Shown here piece by piece: positions 32,035-48,169 of a stretch of DNA of 64,000 nucleotides (positions are counted from its first letter, which is position 1; each line of letters starts with the position of its first letter). The notes under the pieces are model-generated. The model did not search any database, was not told the DNA's origin, and worked only from the letters and a program-made list of their open reading frames with translations. Made by a program: the position numbers and the translations under genes. This DNA comes from the human T2T-CHM13v2.0 reference genome, Homo sapiens: NCBI RefSeq assembly GCF_009914755.1, contig NC_060926.1. One strand, 5' to 3'.

Positions 32035-35000
32035 GCCGCCTAAATAATCCCTTCAAAGGACAATCTGGATTAATGATAATTATGGAAATATTAATCTTAT
32101 ATACTACAGTCACAGTGTAAATAGATGTTTAATATCTATCTTTAAATGAATGCATGAATTGACTCAGCATTAGAGTTCTGAACAGGGGTATTAAGAATTT
32201 CTGGAGGTATAGGTGGAGGCAGAGTGAAAATGATTTGTTGTATGAGATTCTTAAAAGTTAATTTCTTTATTGAGAAGCTTCTAGAAAGAGGAAGTAAAGA
32301 TTCCTAGATCTTTGCTGGTAAAGAAGCATAAGTGAACAGCAGACACAACTTTTTCTCTACCTTTATCCAGGGAAATTATACAAGTGGCTCTCTTGATGGA
32401 AAGAAGAGAACCAGACTAAAAAGGGCTATGCTTTTGGTGATGAAGATGATAATTTTTCATGCTATGTTTTTACTGGTAAATAATTCACATACCAAAATAT
32501 TCAGTTATCTTTCACTCCTATCCTTTCTTTCAAAGCCATTAGCAATTCTGTTGGTACCACCATAAAAAAATGTATTAGACTGCTTTATCTCCTGAAAGTC
32601 CCATCCATCAACATTTCCATTTGACTTAATGACCAGAAGATTGGAAAATGCTGCTCTAGTCTGAGTAGTTTATAGAACTTCCTCTTTTTAAACTTTATCA
32701 CATGGCCTGTTGTCATGTTTTTATTATGTCCCTAATTACCATTAGGTCTTCTGGTCATTTCTCATCTTCAAAGGTCTGCCATGGTTATCTCTGCCTAGGA
32801 AATACCTAATCATTTCCCCTCTGATGTTTATTTTTCTCAAAAAGTTTCCTCATATGAATATGGTCTGGTGGTTTTAAGAAGATATTCTGAATTTGTTAAT
32901 TGATTTAAAGCCACATTCTCCCTCTCCCTTTGTTACAGTGAGATAAATAATTAGAATATTGTGTTTTCCCCAAATGCACAGCAACAAAAGGCTGAATGAT
33001 TTTGAAACTCAGCCCCCTCAGTTTGTGAGAGCATCATTTGGTACATTCTTTCAGAACTAATTCTAGTTCTTTCTCTCATTAGACAAGCTTTGTTTGAAAA
33101 AAATATTATTTTCTATATTAAAATTACTTGATTATTGTTTCAGTAGAACAAAATATTTGTTTCACTGCTTGCTGGTGTGAGACTGTACTTCGGACTCAGG
33201 GGAGATTTTGTTTCTAGACTGCTTTTTTTCCTGCTTCCTATTTAGCCATATGCCTAGCTTTTGTGAAAAATGCATCACTCAGCCTAGATTATTTATTGCT
33301 CTACCACCAGTGTTGTCTCCATCAGATAACCTGGTCTTCTTGGTCAAGTCCTATGTCCTGGTTCATGTTTAATCTGTATCCACAGGACATTGGGAAGCTA
33401 GTGAAAGTCCGAGTCTGTTGGTACAGTTTATCTGGGGACTAGAAAGCAAGAGCTGTCAGGGTTGATGGGTGAGAGAGCACTTTCTCGGTATTTCTATCCT
33501 TTCCAGAGAAAAAGGATAGGTCACTAGGATCATGCTTACAAATCACCAACAATGCATGACTTCCTCTTAATGTAAGGCTAACTTTCATGTTTTGGAGTTA
33601 TTGCACCTGTCTTCTTGTGTCCCAGATGGTCTTTATGGGTGGAGAGCCACTACTTCATGTATTTGCTTATCCAACATGGCCTGCAACAACGTCTATCACA
33701 CAGAAGCTGTTCAATAAATATTGAAAAAGTGATTTAATAAAGACAAGAATTAATATAATTTGTTGATGAAAGATTGAGAAAGTAAAAAGTCTATTAAAAA
33801 AAACAGTGACGCATGAGCAAATTTGGGGGGAGATTCTTGGAATGAGCAAATGTAGAATAAAGGAAGAGGAAAGAGTGATGGAGACAAAGTCATTTGCTTT
33901 ACTATACTTTTTAAGGTTAAACACGTTTTATTTCAAATGGAAGAAAACTCCATTCTTGATTATGATAGACACAAAGGGAATATCATAAATTCCCAGAATG
34001 CCCATTCAGTAAAACACAGATTGGAAGCCCTGCTCAGGCTGGCCAGGCCTCTCTGTGGTCCCTCTCATCTGCCAGCCCAGGGGCCACTCTTTCTGGGTTC
34101 CATACTGACTCTCACTGTCAACCTTGGAAGTATCTTGGCCCCACTTCTGGAAAGTTTGGCTTTCTCTCTCACATGCAACTATGCAAACTCTTTGCACTAC
34201 TCCTGTGAAATTCTCATCTATTTTCTTCAGCTCTGGTGGAGATCTTTTTTGGGGTAGGTACTCAATACCTGGCTCCTGCCTCTGTCTCAGGCTAAAATCA
34301 ATTGCTTCAGCCTCACCTCCACCTGCTCCACCAGGTCCTATCCCTACCAGTTGGACCTCCCCACATGGTTGTCCCATTCATACCAGGTGGACCTCCATGC
34401 TGGTAGTTTTTGGCTCAGCTTTATTCACCCCCAGGCTTTGATGCATCTTATATTTCCTTTTCTATTCCTATCTGTCATAGATGTTTTCAGTCCACTTTTG
34501 GGCAGATGATTCCTTTTTCTTCTAAAGACGTCTCTCCCTGCCAATCTTTAAAACCCCACACAAGACAGAAGTGTAGCAGAACTGAATGCAAAAGTGCAAG
34601 AGTGTTGGTTACCTGCAGCCCAGCCTTGCCCTGGAAGGAGCCACCATGTAGGTAACAGGAGGATGAAGACCTGGAGGGATCTTCCCTGTCAGTGTGCAAG
34701 TTTAGCAGCAGGGGCTGGTTGAAGAAGAATACGGAAGAAGGAAGGTCCTATTACTAGAAAGGGGAAGACAAGGCTGGGAAGCCAGCAAAATGGAGAGAAC
34801 CTGTTAACAGTGTGGACTGATGCAACTTTTGGGAGTGGAGTGGCCAATATGTGTCTCAGATGATGACGCCTATGAGACAGCATTTCATTTCTATGAAGTA
34901 ATCCATTTTTAGGACTCCTCTGAAAATATTAATTGCACTCTTAGAAATACTTCACGTTAATGGATTGTTTGAAGGAAAATACTACTCCTAAAATATAGGC

Positions 35001-35559
35001 TCTTTTAAGAAAGTAAGAACCCAGGAATTTGCAAAGACTAAGCAGGAGGATTTGGGTTTTTGTAAGGCTTGGAATAGGTTGATCAGGGTGGAAAGGTGAT
35101 CTGTGTATATAAGTGTCTACATATGTACACGTGCACATATGTATATGATTGCTTTTTTGGGCAAAATACTGAATTTAAAAATCAGTACTTGGCTGAAGGA
35201 GATGATAAGTTTAGTGTAGCTTCAAAAGGTAAATTTCTGATATAAGAATAAATCTGAATTTTAAGATCTATTATTCTTGATTTTATTAGTTTAGTAGTCA
35301 TATTTTTAAAGCTGGGCATCCTGGTACAGGAATAATAATTGCTAAGCATCATCAGCAGCTGGATTGCCCCGAACTCAGTGCATTGCATCTTTAGAGTATC
35401 AGAAAGGACAGATTTTCATTGAGATTAGTGGGGACAAGATAATTGGGGTACCACTATTTTCTCTAGCAGCTCCTTCTCTTTTTTTGCATTATTTATATTA
35501 TTTATGTTATCTATATGCTTCAACTAACTGATGGAACGCACCATGTCGGGGGCTCAAGG

Positions 35560-35860
35560 AAAAGTCACAGCTGATACCTTAGCACCTCTGGAGCAAAAAT
35601 GAATTGCACTGCAAAGCTGGCCCAACTTGGAGTAAGGATCTGGACTTTGTACCTCTGTGTTAGTCAGTCATAGGCTGCAGGCTGGTCCCAGGGGTTGGGG
35701 TTGGATGGGGATTTGAGGGGCTGGTGGATGTGGGGAGTGACTCTATGTGTGAGGGGCTCCTGTTTGGCCAAGTGTGATTCTCCTAAGAAGAGGAATTGGA
35801 GGGTCCTGTGATCCCTGAATAGCCAGCACTCTCAGTGGAATAGTTGGGCTGGCGAGGTAG
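35560..35860. mobile_element. ERVL LTR fragment (LTR33/LTR16-like)
   Basis: ggactttgtacctct...agtcataggctgcaggctg...agccagcactctcag. Confidence 0.45.
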
Positions 35861-36049
35861 ACAGGGAGGACAATGACTTAGTCATTGTCACCTCCCTCCC
35901 TCTTCGACCTATCTTCACACACCTTGATCAAGAACCCTCCTCTCTTCCTGTTTACTTGTCTCTGCACCAGCTCTACTGCTTCTTACTGCCAGGCACAAAC
36001 TGCTCCTCTGAACTTTATGTGAGAGCTGTCTAATCATGTGCAGAATTAT

Positions 36050-36898
<849 letters not shown>

Positions 36899-38192
36899 CT
36901 ATAGCATTTCTACAACCTAGCAGTTTAGAAATCTTGTTAAAATAAAGTGTGGATAATATGACAAGACTTGTTCCAGACCTCAGTGATTCTTTCCTTTTCT
37001 GCTTACTCATAAAATATCTGGGACAAAAGCTCACATATTGTATGGAAATTTATTTTCCCACCTGAAGTTTTGATAATTTGAGTCTACAAAAAGCTGATAA
37101 TAGACAGATTAATAAGAGAAGAATGTGTACACATTTATTAATGTGCATATGGACACAGAAATCATACAAAATATGAAAACTCAAAGATGGGCCTTGATGA
37201 TTAACACTTAAATATCCTCTTCATTGGGGAGAGGGACAATAGGGTGGGGTAGTAGGAGTAAATGATTTTTAGGGAAAGTAAATGAGGCCAAAGAACAGTG
37301 ATGTGGGCCACATTTCTCTGGGCTATAGGGGAGGTAGCATCACAGGTTATAGGAGAGTCACGGGAGAAAAGCATGTCAAGCAAAGACTGACTTGTTTGCA
37401 GATGAAAGTAGCTCAGGGAATCTTGGAGCTGCCTTAGAAAGGATCAATGGTAGTTTATTCCACCAATGTAGATATTTTTCTTGAGATGCAAAACTTTTCC
37501 ACAAAAGGCAGCTTCTCAGGGCAATTCTGGTCTGCAGGGCCTCCCTTATTTGAAACTTTATTTTTAGTATGTTTCACATATTAAAGTAGGATTGTTAGCA
37601 ATAGAGAGATGTGGTTAGAGATTGTGAGATAAGAGATTAGCGAAGGGGGTTGGGGGGTATAGATTGGAACAAGCAGCCCATATCTTTTTAAATCAGTCTT
37701 TTAGTTCTGAGAATAGATCAGTTCAGTTAAATAGCTGTGTCCCATTCCAGGAGTTGGCATTGCAGATGGGCTTTCAAACCTAAGCCTCTATTATGATTCA
37801 GGCAAACAAATCTTCGATAAGAGGCATTTCTATGGAAACAGAAGAAAAAACAAAGGTTAATGACTAGACTAGTGTATAAGCTAGATTTCCTAGAGTTTCT
37901 AAGGCATCTTCAGTTGGAGAGGGCCAGCAGTCACAAGCTGTTACACTTTTCTGGATTGTAGTTTGAAACAGGTGTTCCAGGGAACTGAGTAGTCTATACA
38001 TCAACAGGCACAAAGGCAATTTATATACAAGTTCCTGTAGTGCTTTCTCCTGAATTGCATATCAATTTCATATCTAGCTTCAGTCTGAAGAGCTCTAAGA
38101 AATGAACAGTTTTAATTTCTTGTGATTTCAAGTCAGAAAAGTTGGAAATGTTAGTCTGGAGAGTAACAGCCAGATATTGGAGTAAATGTAAC

Positions 38193-38335
38193 ATGTTAAA
38201 TGATGAGTTAATGGGTGCAGCACACCAACATGGCACATGTATACATATGAAACAAACCTGCACGTTGTGCACATGTACCCTAAAACTTAAAGTATAATTA
38301 AAAAAAATAAATTGAGCAATACATACAAAAAAAAA
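38193..38335 (+). mobile_element. Very short L1PA (PA4-like) 3' end with a double A tail
   Basis: atgttaaatgatgagttaatgggtgcagcacacc...aaacttaaagtataat. Confidence 0.92.
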
Positions 38336-38641
38336 GAGAATTAGTCCAGGTAATAAAAAACAAACTAACAGAAACCCTCAAAAATAATGGATGGGGCTAG
38401 AATCTAATAATAAGTGCACTATACATTTTTTTCCTGAAATATATATGTATATATACATATATATTTTCTCTCTCTACTACCCTATTTTTACCAAAGATAA
38501 ATCATGGTAAGACTAATCTATTTGCAAAATAAATTGCCTTTGGCCTGATTATTTACATAAATTTAGCAAGAATAGTGATTTATCACATATGCTCTTTTCA
38601 AGTTGGCCTTGCTGAAACATTTTAAGAAAAATTTTAGATTA

Positions 38642-38776
38642 GGCCAGGCATAGTGTTCTAAGCCTGTAATTCTCGCACTTTGGAAGGCCAGAGCAAGAGG
38701 AGGCTTGAGCCTAAGAGTCAATGACCAGCCTGGAAACATAATGAGACTCCATCTCTATTTACGTAAAAAGAAAAAC
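38642..38776 (+). mobile_element. Alu monomer (FLAM_C/AluJ-like)
   Basis: Single arm with gcttgagcctaagagt; TSD approximately ttagatt. Confidence 0.8.
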
Positions 38777-40193
38777 AATTAGATTGGACTTTTTAAAAGC
38801 CTCTCAAGACTAGGAAGCCAAAACAAAAATTTGACTTGTCCTCAGGCTGTGTCTGAAATATCTGTACAAATTGAGTAAATATCCCTCTTCCCAAGGTTGT
38901 CCTCAAAATAACCTGAAGTTCCTGGGCCTGTCAGAAAGTGACATTCTTTACTTAGCACAAGGTCAGGAGCCCTGTAAGGGAGCCACATAGACAAGACACT
39001 GGGCCAGTCTTTTTTCCAAGTTTACTGACTTTTAAGTCAACCTCCACTTCTCAAAGAAGCCTCATCATATCTGAAAATATGACATTACAATCAAAGTCTT
39101 GGTAAAAATCCAGTGTCTCCAATTGTGTCCTGTTACAAAAGAAAAGACATTGTTATTTAACTTATGCAAATAATTATATTGCCTTTAAAAGTTCTTGAAA
39201 AGTTTTCAAGACTTTTTGATTCCTTAGGGATCAGTTAAAGAGAAAGGCAAATGTTTCAGTTTTGCTCACGAAAGTATATTTTGCCCAATTACTGCAAGCT
39301 ATAGATAGCTTAAAGGGAAAACAAAGAGTTTTCTTGACCCTGGAAAACAAAACATAAAAAGAGTCAGCAATGTTTCAAACAAAAATGTCATAAAAATTGT
39401 TTTCAATCCTCTGTTCTTTCAGTTCTGTATAATTAATTTTTTTTGGTCATTCTTAGGTTAGCAATTTTATGAGTCCATTCTTTTTTTTCATTTGAGTTTT
39501 TTAAATTCTTATTTAGTCCAATTGTGTTATCTTAACCTTGTAAGAAACCTGTGTTTAAGAGTACTGATAGTCTTTCTCATGAACATCTTTAAAGACACAG
39601 CACTTTAGGATTTGCAAAGAGCTTTTAGAAAAAAAAAGGCATCATCATAAAACTGTGGACAATAAGACAAAATGATCATGGTTAAAAATGCAATTGACAA
39701 AGAAATTTGATTATTTTCTCTGGCCTACAACAATTTAGCAAAATAGCCACAATTATGATTGATTACATGTACCAAGATAAATCAAATGTTTAGGACTCTT
39801 GTACAGTTTTGAACACATACTAATGATGTATTTGTACAAATATAACTCAAAGGTTAAGCATCATTTCTTGTTTGACAATGCTTCCCATAGGACTTTAACA
39901 TACACAAAATAAGCCTAATATCTCTCTGTCGGATTTTCAGGGATGCATCTGGAGTATCTAAAATTTAGTTTTAGGTCCCCCAAAGTTTAGAGTTGTGAAT
40001 TTGGAAAGCTTGTCAAATATCAAAGGTTTAAAACATTTGATCAAAATAGGATTACAGATTACTGTAAAATAATAGTCATTCATTTAGGCAAAATGATAAT
40101 GAAAAGATTTCAAAAAGAAAAAAACCTTTACTCTTTGAAATGGAAGAGACTCAGATTCCAAGTAATCAAAAGATCTAATAAAGACAGCATGAG

Positions 40194-40497
<304 letters not shown>

Positions 40498-42019
40498 GGA
40501 GCATGAGGCACACAGGATTTCTCTCTCTCTCTCGCCCCTCTTTTTTTTCCCCTGCAGTTTACTCAAAAGGTGAACAAAAATCTTTTTCTTACAATCTCTT
40601 ATTAATACTACACAAAAATATTGTTTAAAAGAGAAGATCAATTCCTAAAGTCACATGAACTTGAAAAGCATTTGGACTATTTATTTAATTTATGACTACT
40701 TGTATATTATAAGTCAATTTGGTGCCATGTGGACAACATACAAACACATGTATAGATATATACATACATGTAGACACCATATGCAACACAACACATATGT
40801 ATATGTATATGTATCCAAAAGCCAAAGACATCAGGGGGTTTAACGCAAAAGAGAGAAGAGCTTTAGACCTAAGAGGAACCCATTCATGACTCTTGGGGAT
40901 CTGTGAGGAAAACAGGGGATTCCAAAAAAGGGGGTCAGTGATGTCTTGACTGTATTCCTCCAGGGGTCTCAGTGTCACTACAAGTCCCTGCTAGATCCCT
41001 TCATGTGGTATCAAAGGTGGCAAAAAGGAGAAGGGGCAAAAATGGAAGGAAATGGGAGAACAAGGCTTAGAGGAGCCCATTTGGGGAGGTCTAAATTTTT
41101 CAAAAGAGCAATGAAATTTTAGTTAGCAGGAATTTGAGGAAAAAAAAAAAAACCAGTCAACTAAATGGTTCCCATGGGCAAAATAGCAGAGAACAGAGAA
41201 GGATACCTGCTGTTAACCAAACTGACTTGACAATCAAACTCTTAAAACAACACAAAACAAAAAATACAACTTTTCTGAATATATTGGTAGTAAAACATTT
41301 TGTCCCGTGAGCATCTGGCCTTTCACTGGAGCAGAGAGAACTGTGGCTGCAGTGAGAATGCAGTGCCTCCTCCAGCCTCTGCTTTCTAGGAGGAGCCCAC
41401 CTTGCTCACTCACTGGTTTGGTTCCTAGAAGCAAGGGGTGTGTCTTTCTGGCCCAGGGGAGTGATCTTATTCTCTCAATCTAAACCAAGGTTTTAAATCA
41501 AAGGTATACCTCAAGAAATGAATCAAAACCAAAACAAGTAAGTACACATGAGACTAAAACCAAAATGTCAGTTTATGGCTTTAATCAAAGTCTACAAAGA
41601 GGGAGCAAAAGCTGCAACCCTCCCAAGATCCATTCCACTCCCATCGACAGGTCAGAGAAAGGAAATGTTTTGCTACTACCTGCAAATGAGGTACAACTCA
41701 TATTTCTGTCCAGCCCTATTCTCTAGGGTCTTGACTTCTTGGCTTGCCATCTGCACAAAAAGGCTGACAATTCCTGTGCCCAATAGATGGAAGATTATAA
41801 GAAATGAACAGTCAGTAAGAAAGAAAATCAAAAGCTGTTCATGGGGGTGGAATAGATTACAAATGGGTTCTCAACAAAACCAAGAATTATACAAGTAATT
41901 AAAACTACGCACATTCATTCTTATAAATGTTTCTTTCCTGAGCCAAAGGAATATATGGAAGCATTTCTTTAAGATGTTTATGTTTCAAAGACATGGTAAA
42001 GTGTACATCTACAGGGGCG

Positions 42020-42092
42020 TAGTTCTCTGACTAGAAATCAAATGTGGTCCAACAGTGATAGGTCTGAATTCTAACCACTAGACTACAGAGTG
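42020..42092 (-). pseudogene. Decayed tRNA-Glu-derived sequence inside the ERV interior
   Basis: Aligns by eye to the reverse complement of tRNA-Glu (tggttccctgaccgggaatcgaacc...gaatcctaaccactagaccacc). Confidence 0.7.
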
Positions 42093-42543
42093 TAGAGTCT
42101 CTGCAGCAAATCTCACAGATGATGAAAGTAGGCAGTTTGAGCTTACAAAAGATTTTAATTTTGTTTCAAATACAATTTATGCTTTAGTTTAAAGTCTTTC
42201 CAAGGGTGTTTCTAAGCCTCTATTCTGTTTGTATCTTTTCATAGGTACCAATAAGACAGTTCTTTAAGATGAGAAGTCTCTAAAAAGGTTTTTAATATAT
42301 TCAATTTATTTTAAAAGCAATTCCAACCAATACAAGAACGAATTTACATATTTTATTTTAATTCAAATTTAGAAAGAATAAAAAGACAAAAAAGATGCTT
42401 ACCACCTTCACTCAATTGGGCTCTTTAGGGAGAGGTATTGGAAAACTGACCTGGTAGAGAAATTCTTACCTTTTTTGGAGAGCTGTTCATCAGTTGTCCC
42501 AAGATCACCTTCATAGGCTCCACAATGAAGAGAATGATTTGTT

Positions 42544-42561
42544 ATCCTACTTACAGAGCCA
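42544..42561 (-). promoter_or_regulatory. Primer-binding site, tRNA-Ser(CGA)-like
   Basis: tggctctgtaagtaggat versus remembered TGGCGCTGTGAGCAGGAT (15/18), 4 nt inside the 5' LTR edge. Confidence 0.6.
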
Positions 42562-43495
42562 AAACTCTAGGGAGTCAATATTTTCCCCTGAAGGCTTGAT
42601 AATTTAAGCCTGTAAAAAACTGCTAATAGACAGATTAAAAAGAGAAAAGGGCACACACATTTATTAATCTGCCTAGGAACACAGGAATGAGACAAAATAT
42701 GAAAATTCAAAGAAGGGGCTAGATGGTTGACATTTAAATATCCTCTTCATAGGGGAGAGGGGAGATGGGGGGTGTATAGGAGTAAATTCTTTTCAGTGGG
42801 GGCAAATGAGGCTAAAGAAAAATGTCATGGGACCCAGTTTCTTGAGGCTGTAAGGGAGGTAGCATCAGAGGTTATGGGAAAATGAAGGGAGGAAAGCATG
42901 TCAAGCAAAGACTGACTTGTTTGCAGATGAGACTATCTCAGGGCATCTTGGAGCTGCCTCAGGAAGGACAGATGGTAGCCTGTGGTTGAATTAATTTTTT
43001 CCTAGATCTGGGCCATGGTATCGTTGGGGATTCTCAGAGAAAGCCTGGCTGTTTATTCCATCAGTGTAGATTTTTCTCTTCAGGTGCAAAATTTCTTCAC
43101 AAAAGGCAGTTTTTGGGGCAATTCCTGTCTGCACGCCCTCTAAATAGCCATCTTGACATAAGTCAAAGAAGTGTGCTTTGGGGTAAAATACATTCAGTTT
43201 CCTTTAGTAGTTAAGTTTATGTCCACTTCCTTTACCACCTTCAAAGACAGAGCCACACCTCTCTACTGGCAGCTATTCTGTATCTTTCCCATTCTTCACC
43301 CTTAACTAGAAATCACTGGTAGAGACTTGGTGATTTTATTTACAATTTCCTCAGTGACTATTCTGTAATTCACTTTTGGCGTAAAACATCAATCCTTTCA
43401 GCAGTACTTAGCAGTATTGTACACCAACACACACACACCACATACCACTTTATACATACTTTAATTCTGTCTTATAAGCGATTGTCTTATTTTCT

Positions 43496-44944
43496 TGCAG
43501 AGGAGGAAAAAATAATTTTTCTTCTAGCCTTGTAAGTTCTTAGTTCTGACCCCTATAATAAAGGACAGATTAACAAATGTTAACAGAAAAACCAAACTCT
43601 GCAATATATTTTAATGAGGTTTATTCTGAGCCAATGTGAGTGATCATGGCCCAGGGAACAGTCTCAGAAAGTCCTGAGAAAGTGTGCCTGAGGTGGTTGG
43701 GTTATGGGTTGGTTTTATACATTTTAGGGAGACCAGAATTGTGAGTAAAATCATTAACCAATGTATGGAAGCTATACACTGATTCTGCCCAAAAAAGTGG
43801 GACATTTCAAAGGGTCAGGGAAGGAGTTATAGATCATAGGTGGATTCTGAGGTTTTTGGATTGGCAATTGGTTGAAAAAGCTCTACAGACTTGAAGTCAG
43901 TAGAAAGAAATATGTGACTTAAGGTAAGCAGCGGAGGGGAGGTTGTGAAGGCCAATGTTCTTATTATGTAGATGAAGCCTCTTCATTTGGGTGGCAATCT
44001 TCAGAGCAAATAGATGGTAAATGTGTCTTTTCAGATCTTAAAAGGTGTCAGACTCAATCTCTTAGATCTGGGAAAGGTCTGGAAAGGGAAGCCAAGGCTG
44101 CATTTACGGAGAATCTCTACTGATACAAATTTCCCTCACAAAAGATGGTTTTGCAGGGCTATTTCAAAATATGTCAGAGAAAAGTATTTTGGGGCATAGT
44201 GTTTTGATTTCCTTCAGGGTTTGCTATCTGCAATGTGATGCTATACCAGACTCAGGTTGAAATTTGGCATCTTATTGCTATAAGCCATCTGTGTGGCCAG
44301 TCTTATGATTTCTATTTTAATGTTGATGCTGGTCACTTGTGTCTAAACTCCAAAACGGAGGAAGTATAATGAGTTGTGACCAACCTACCTTCCCATTATC
44401 GGTCTAAATTCAGTTTTTCAGGTTACTCTGGGGTCCCTTTGGCCCACAGAGTGTCCATTCAGTTGTCTGGGGAGCTTGGGATTTTATTTTTGGTATATAC
44501 AAGAGAAAAACATACATATATATATTAACAAGTATATTGCATATGCACATATGCAGAGAAGTGGCATAGAACTCTCACTTATATAGCATCTTCAAATAAA
44601 ACAACAAAGAGGGTGTTAAGGAGGCAAGTTATGACAAAGGGACAGGGAAAAGGGATAAACTAGAGTAAGGTTTGTTATGCAGATTTAAGTCCTTGCCTTC
44701 TCTAATGATAAGAGTATCTTGTAACTTCTTAGCCACCCCTCTCTTCCTGGTGCAGAGAGGCACCCTTACAAATGGAAGTCTCCTTTAGATGGAAATTTTC
44801 CTTACAAAAGATTAACTTCTACTCTATTTTCAGAGTTTCTGTTGTGTTTGAATAATCAGCTGAAAATAATTCTTTTGCCAAAGAGGCATATTTTGGGGTT
44901 GGGAGACCATACTCTGGCCTCCAATATATTCAGTCTCAGAATCA
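43496..44944 (-). mobile_element. MER34-like ERV1 solo LTR, split by MER4D
   Basis: gacagattaaca|agagaaaaaca continuity; aataatcagctgaaaataattcttttgccaaagaggcatattttgggg. Confidence 0.7.
43578..44501 (-). mobile_element. MER4D-like ERV1 solo LTR
   Basis: tgttaacagaaaaaccaaactctg...attttatttttggtatataca termini. Confidence 0.8.
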
Positions 44945-45412
44945 TTTCGAACAGTGAAGCTAACAACAAAGTAGAAAGATCCAGTTTTCCTTTGTCATCA
45001 GTCAGCTTGTTTCTGTTCAATTAAGTTTGGTCTAAAGCTGTCTCCATACGTATTCGAAATTTGGCCTAAAAGTTTCTCCATACATATTGAATGGTAACCC
45101 AACATGATGTGTAAATAGGCTATAACTTACTCATATAGCTAATAACTGAATCTTAGCCAACTACAGGCAGCCAACTGTGCAATGCAGGTTTAAATAATAC
45201 CAGCTGTAATCAATCCAGCTGTTTTTGTACCTCACTTCAGCTTTCTGGAAGTCACTTTTCTTTTACTGTTCATCAAATTTTATTCAACTGTGTTACAGCC
45301 CTGGCGTTGCTCTGAATCTATTCTGGATCTTCTGGCTCTCCAGTTTGCTAATCATTCTTTGCTCAATTAACTCTATAAAATTAAAGTTATCTAAAGTTTT
45401 CCTTTTAACAAG

Positions 45413-45430
45413 TAGTGTTAGAAGTGGGAT
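45413..45430 (+). promoter_or_regulatory. Primer-binding site, tRNA-Leu-like
   Basis: tagtgttagaagtgggat versus TGGTGTCAGAAGTGGGAT (16/18), 2 nt after the LTR CA. Confidence 0.75.
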
Positions 45431-45783
45431 TCCAAGTAGACCTTCCAGCAACCCCCAGGAGCATGGCGTGATCAAGGGAGAGACCCGCCAAACCTCTTGT
45501 GTCTACTCTTCTCTCAGCAACTGGGGACTGTGGGTGAGTTCTCTCTTGGATTCTATAGCTCCACAAATCTGTGTTTTGAGCTATTTCAGTTTAACAAATT
45601 TTTTATCTGGACTGGGTTTGGAAGTCATGACAAAAACTGGCCCGGGTTCAGGATCCAATTGGATTCAATAATTAACTGGACTGGATCCAGTTTGGGGCCT
45701 CAGATGTCTGACTGGATGAGTCAAAAACTGGCTATAAATGGCAATTACTGCAGGGAGTGCAAAGTTTGGCTTTCACAAATTCA

Positions 45784-46199
<416 letters not shown>

Positions 46200-46306
46200 T
46201 TAGGTAGGGGAAAATTATTGGCTGAGTTGAACAAGGGGATCTGAGAGCTCAAGCCAAAATTTAATGTAAAAAGGGGATTCTTACTTTCTGAAGAACTGAG
46301 TGTTTG

Positions 46307-47265
<959 letters not shown>

Positions 47266-48169
47266 TTTGACTTTCTGACTATGCAGATTATTATATGTAT
47301 AAGTATTAGGCTCCAGAAACAGCAAGAACTTACAAAAATGGTGAAATCTTACTAAAGATAATTTACAATTTAAAATTACAGTGGATAATTCCAAATGAAC
47401 AACACCGCACTTTAGGAAGTTTATGTAAAAATGAGGGCTCCCAAGTTAGGCTAACCAAGGGACACTTATTGATGTGCAGTATCTTTGTAAGCAATTATCA
47501 TCCTGAAGTGTTGTGTCTTCAAGGAGGTTCATGGAAAGGATGGAAAGGACCCTGACAAGGACTCTTGAATATGGGTTTCTGATAAACTCTAGAATTATAT
47601 CATTTGGGCTGGATAAGAATTCCCAGAACTCCAATAAATAAACTGACTGGTTTATAAAAGTGCTAATCCACAAAGGACAAAAATTAATTAAAATATCAAG
47701 GAAATACTTTGGCAGATTTTCATGCTAAGTCAACCAGTACTGAACTTGTTAAGATATGCAATTCAAATGAACTCCATGATCCAGATCAAATTACCTATGA
47801 TAACTCATCTAGTAAACAGTGTTTTGGACTTGAATTGGAGAAATGAAATTGGTATTTAAGAGGATATAAATTGAATGTTAAGTGTGAACTCATGGAAAGC
47901 CTGGGCAGTAATCTGGATTTTCCTGTGTCCTTAAAGCTTTCATTATTAGAAGCTCTGTATTTCATGACTCATCATTTAAGAGATGAAATTATCCAAATTA
48001 TGAAAAAATATTGGTGTACTGACTATTCTTAATTGTTAAAATGGTTTATGATCAATGTTTGGTTTGTCAAACCCATAATCCTGGGAATGCAGTCAAAACT
48101 TCAGGTATATTTCTGCTACGTGATGGGCCATTTGAACATTTATAGAGAAATGTCATTCAATTGCCATTT

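Noticed and set aside
33937-34883. Overlapping ORFs up to 123 aa
   Set aside because: No homology recognised, with similar ORFs on both strands, consistent with chance
42020-42092. Functional tRNA gene
   Set aside because: Stems, anticodon arm and B box are heavily mutated; kept only as a fossil
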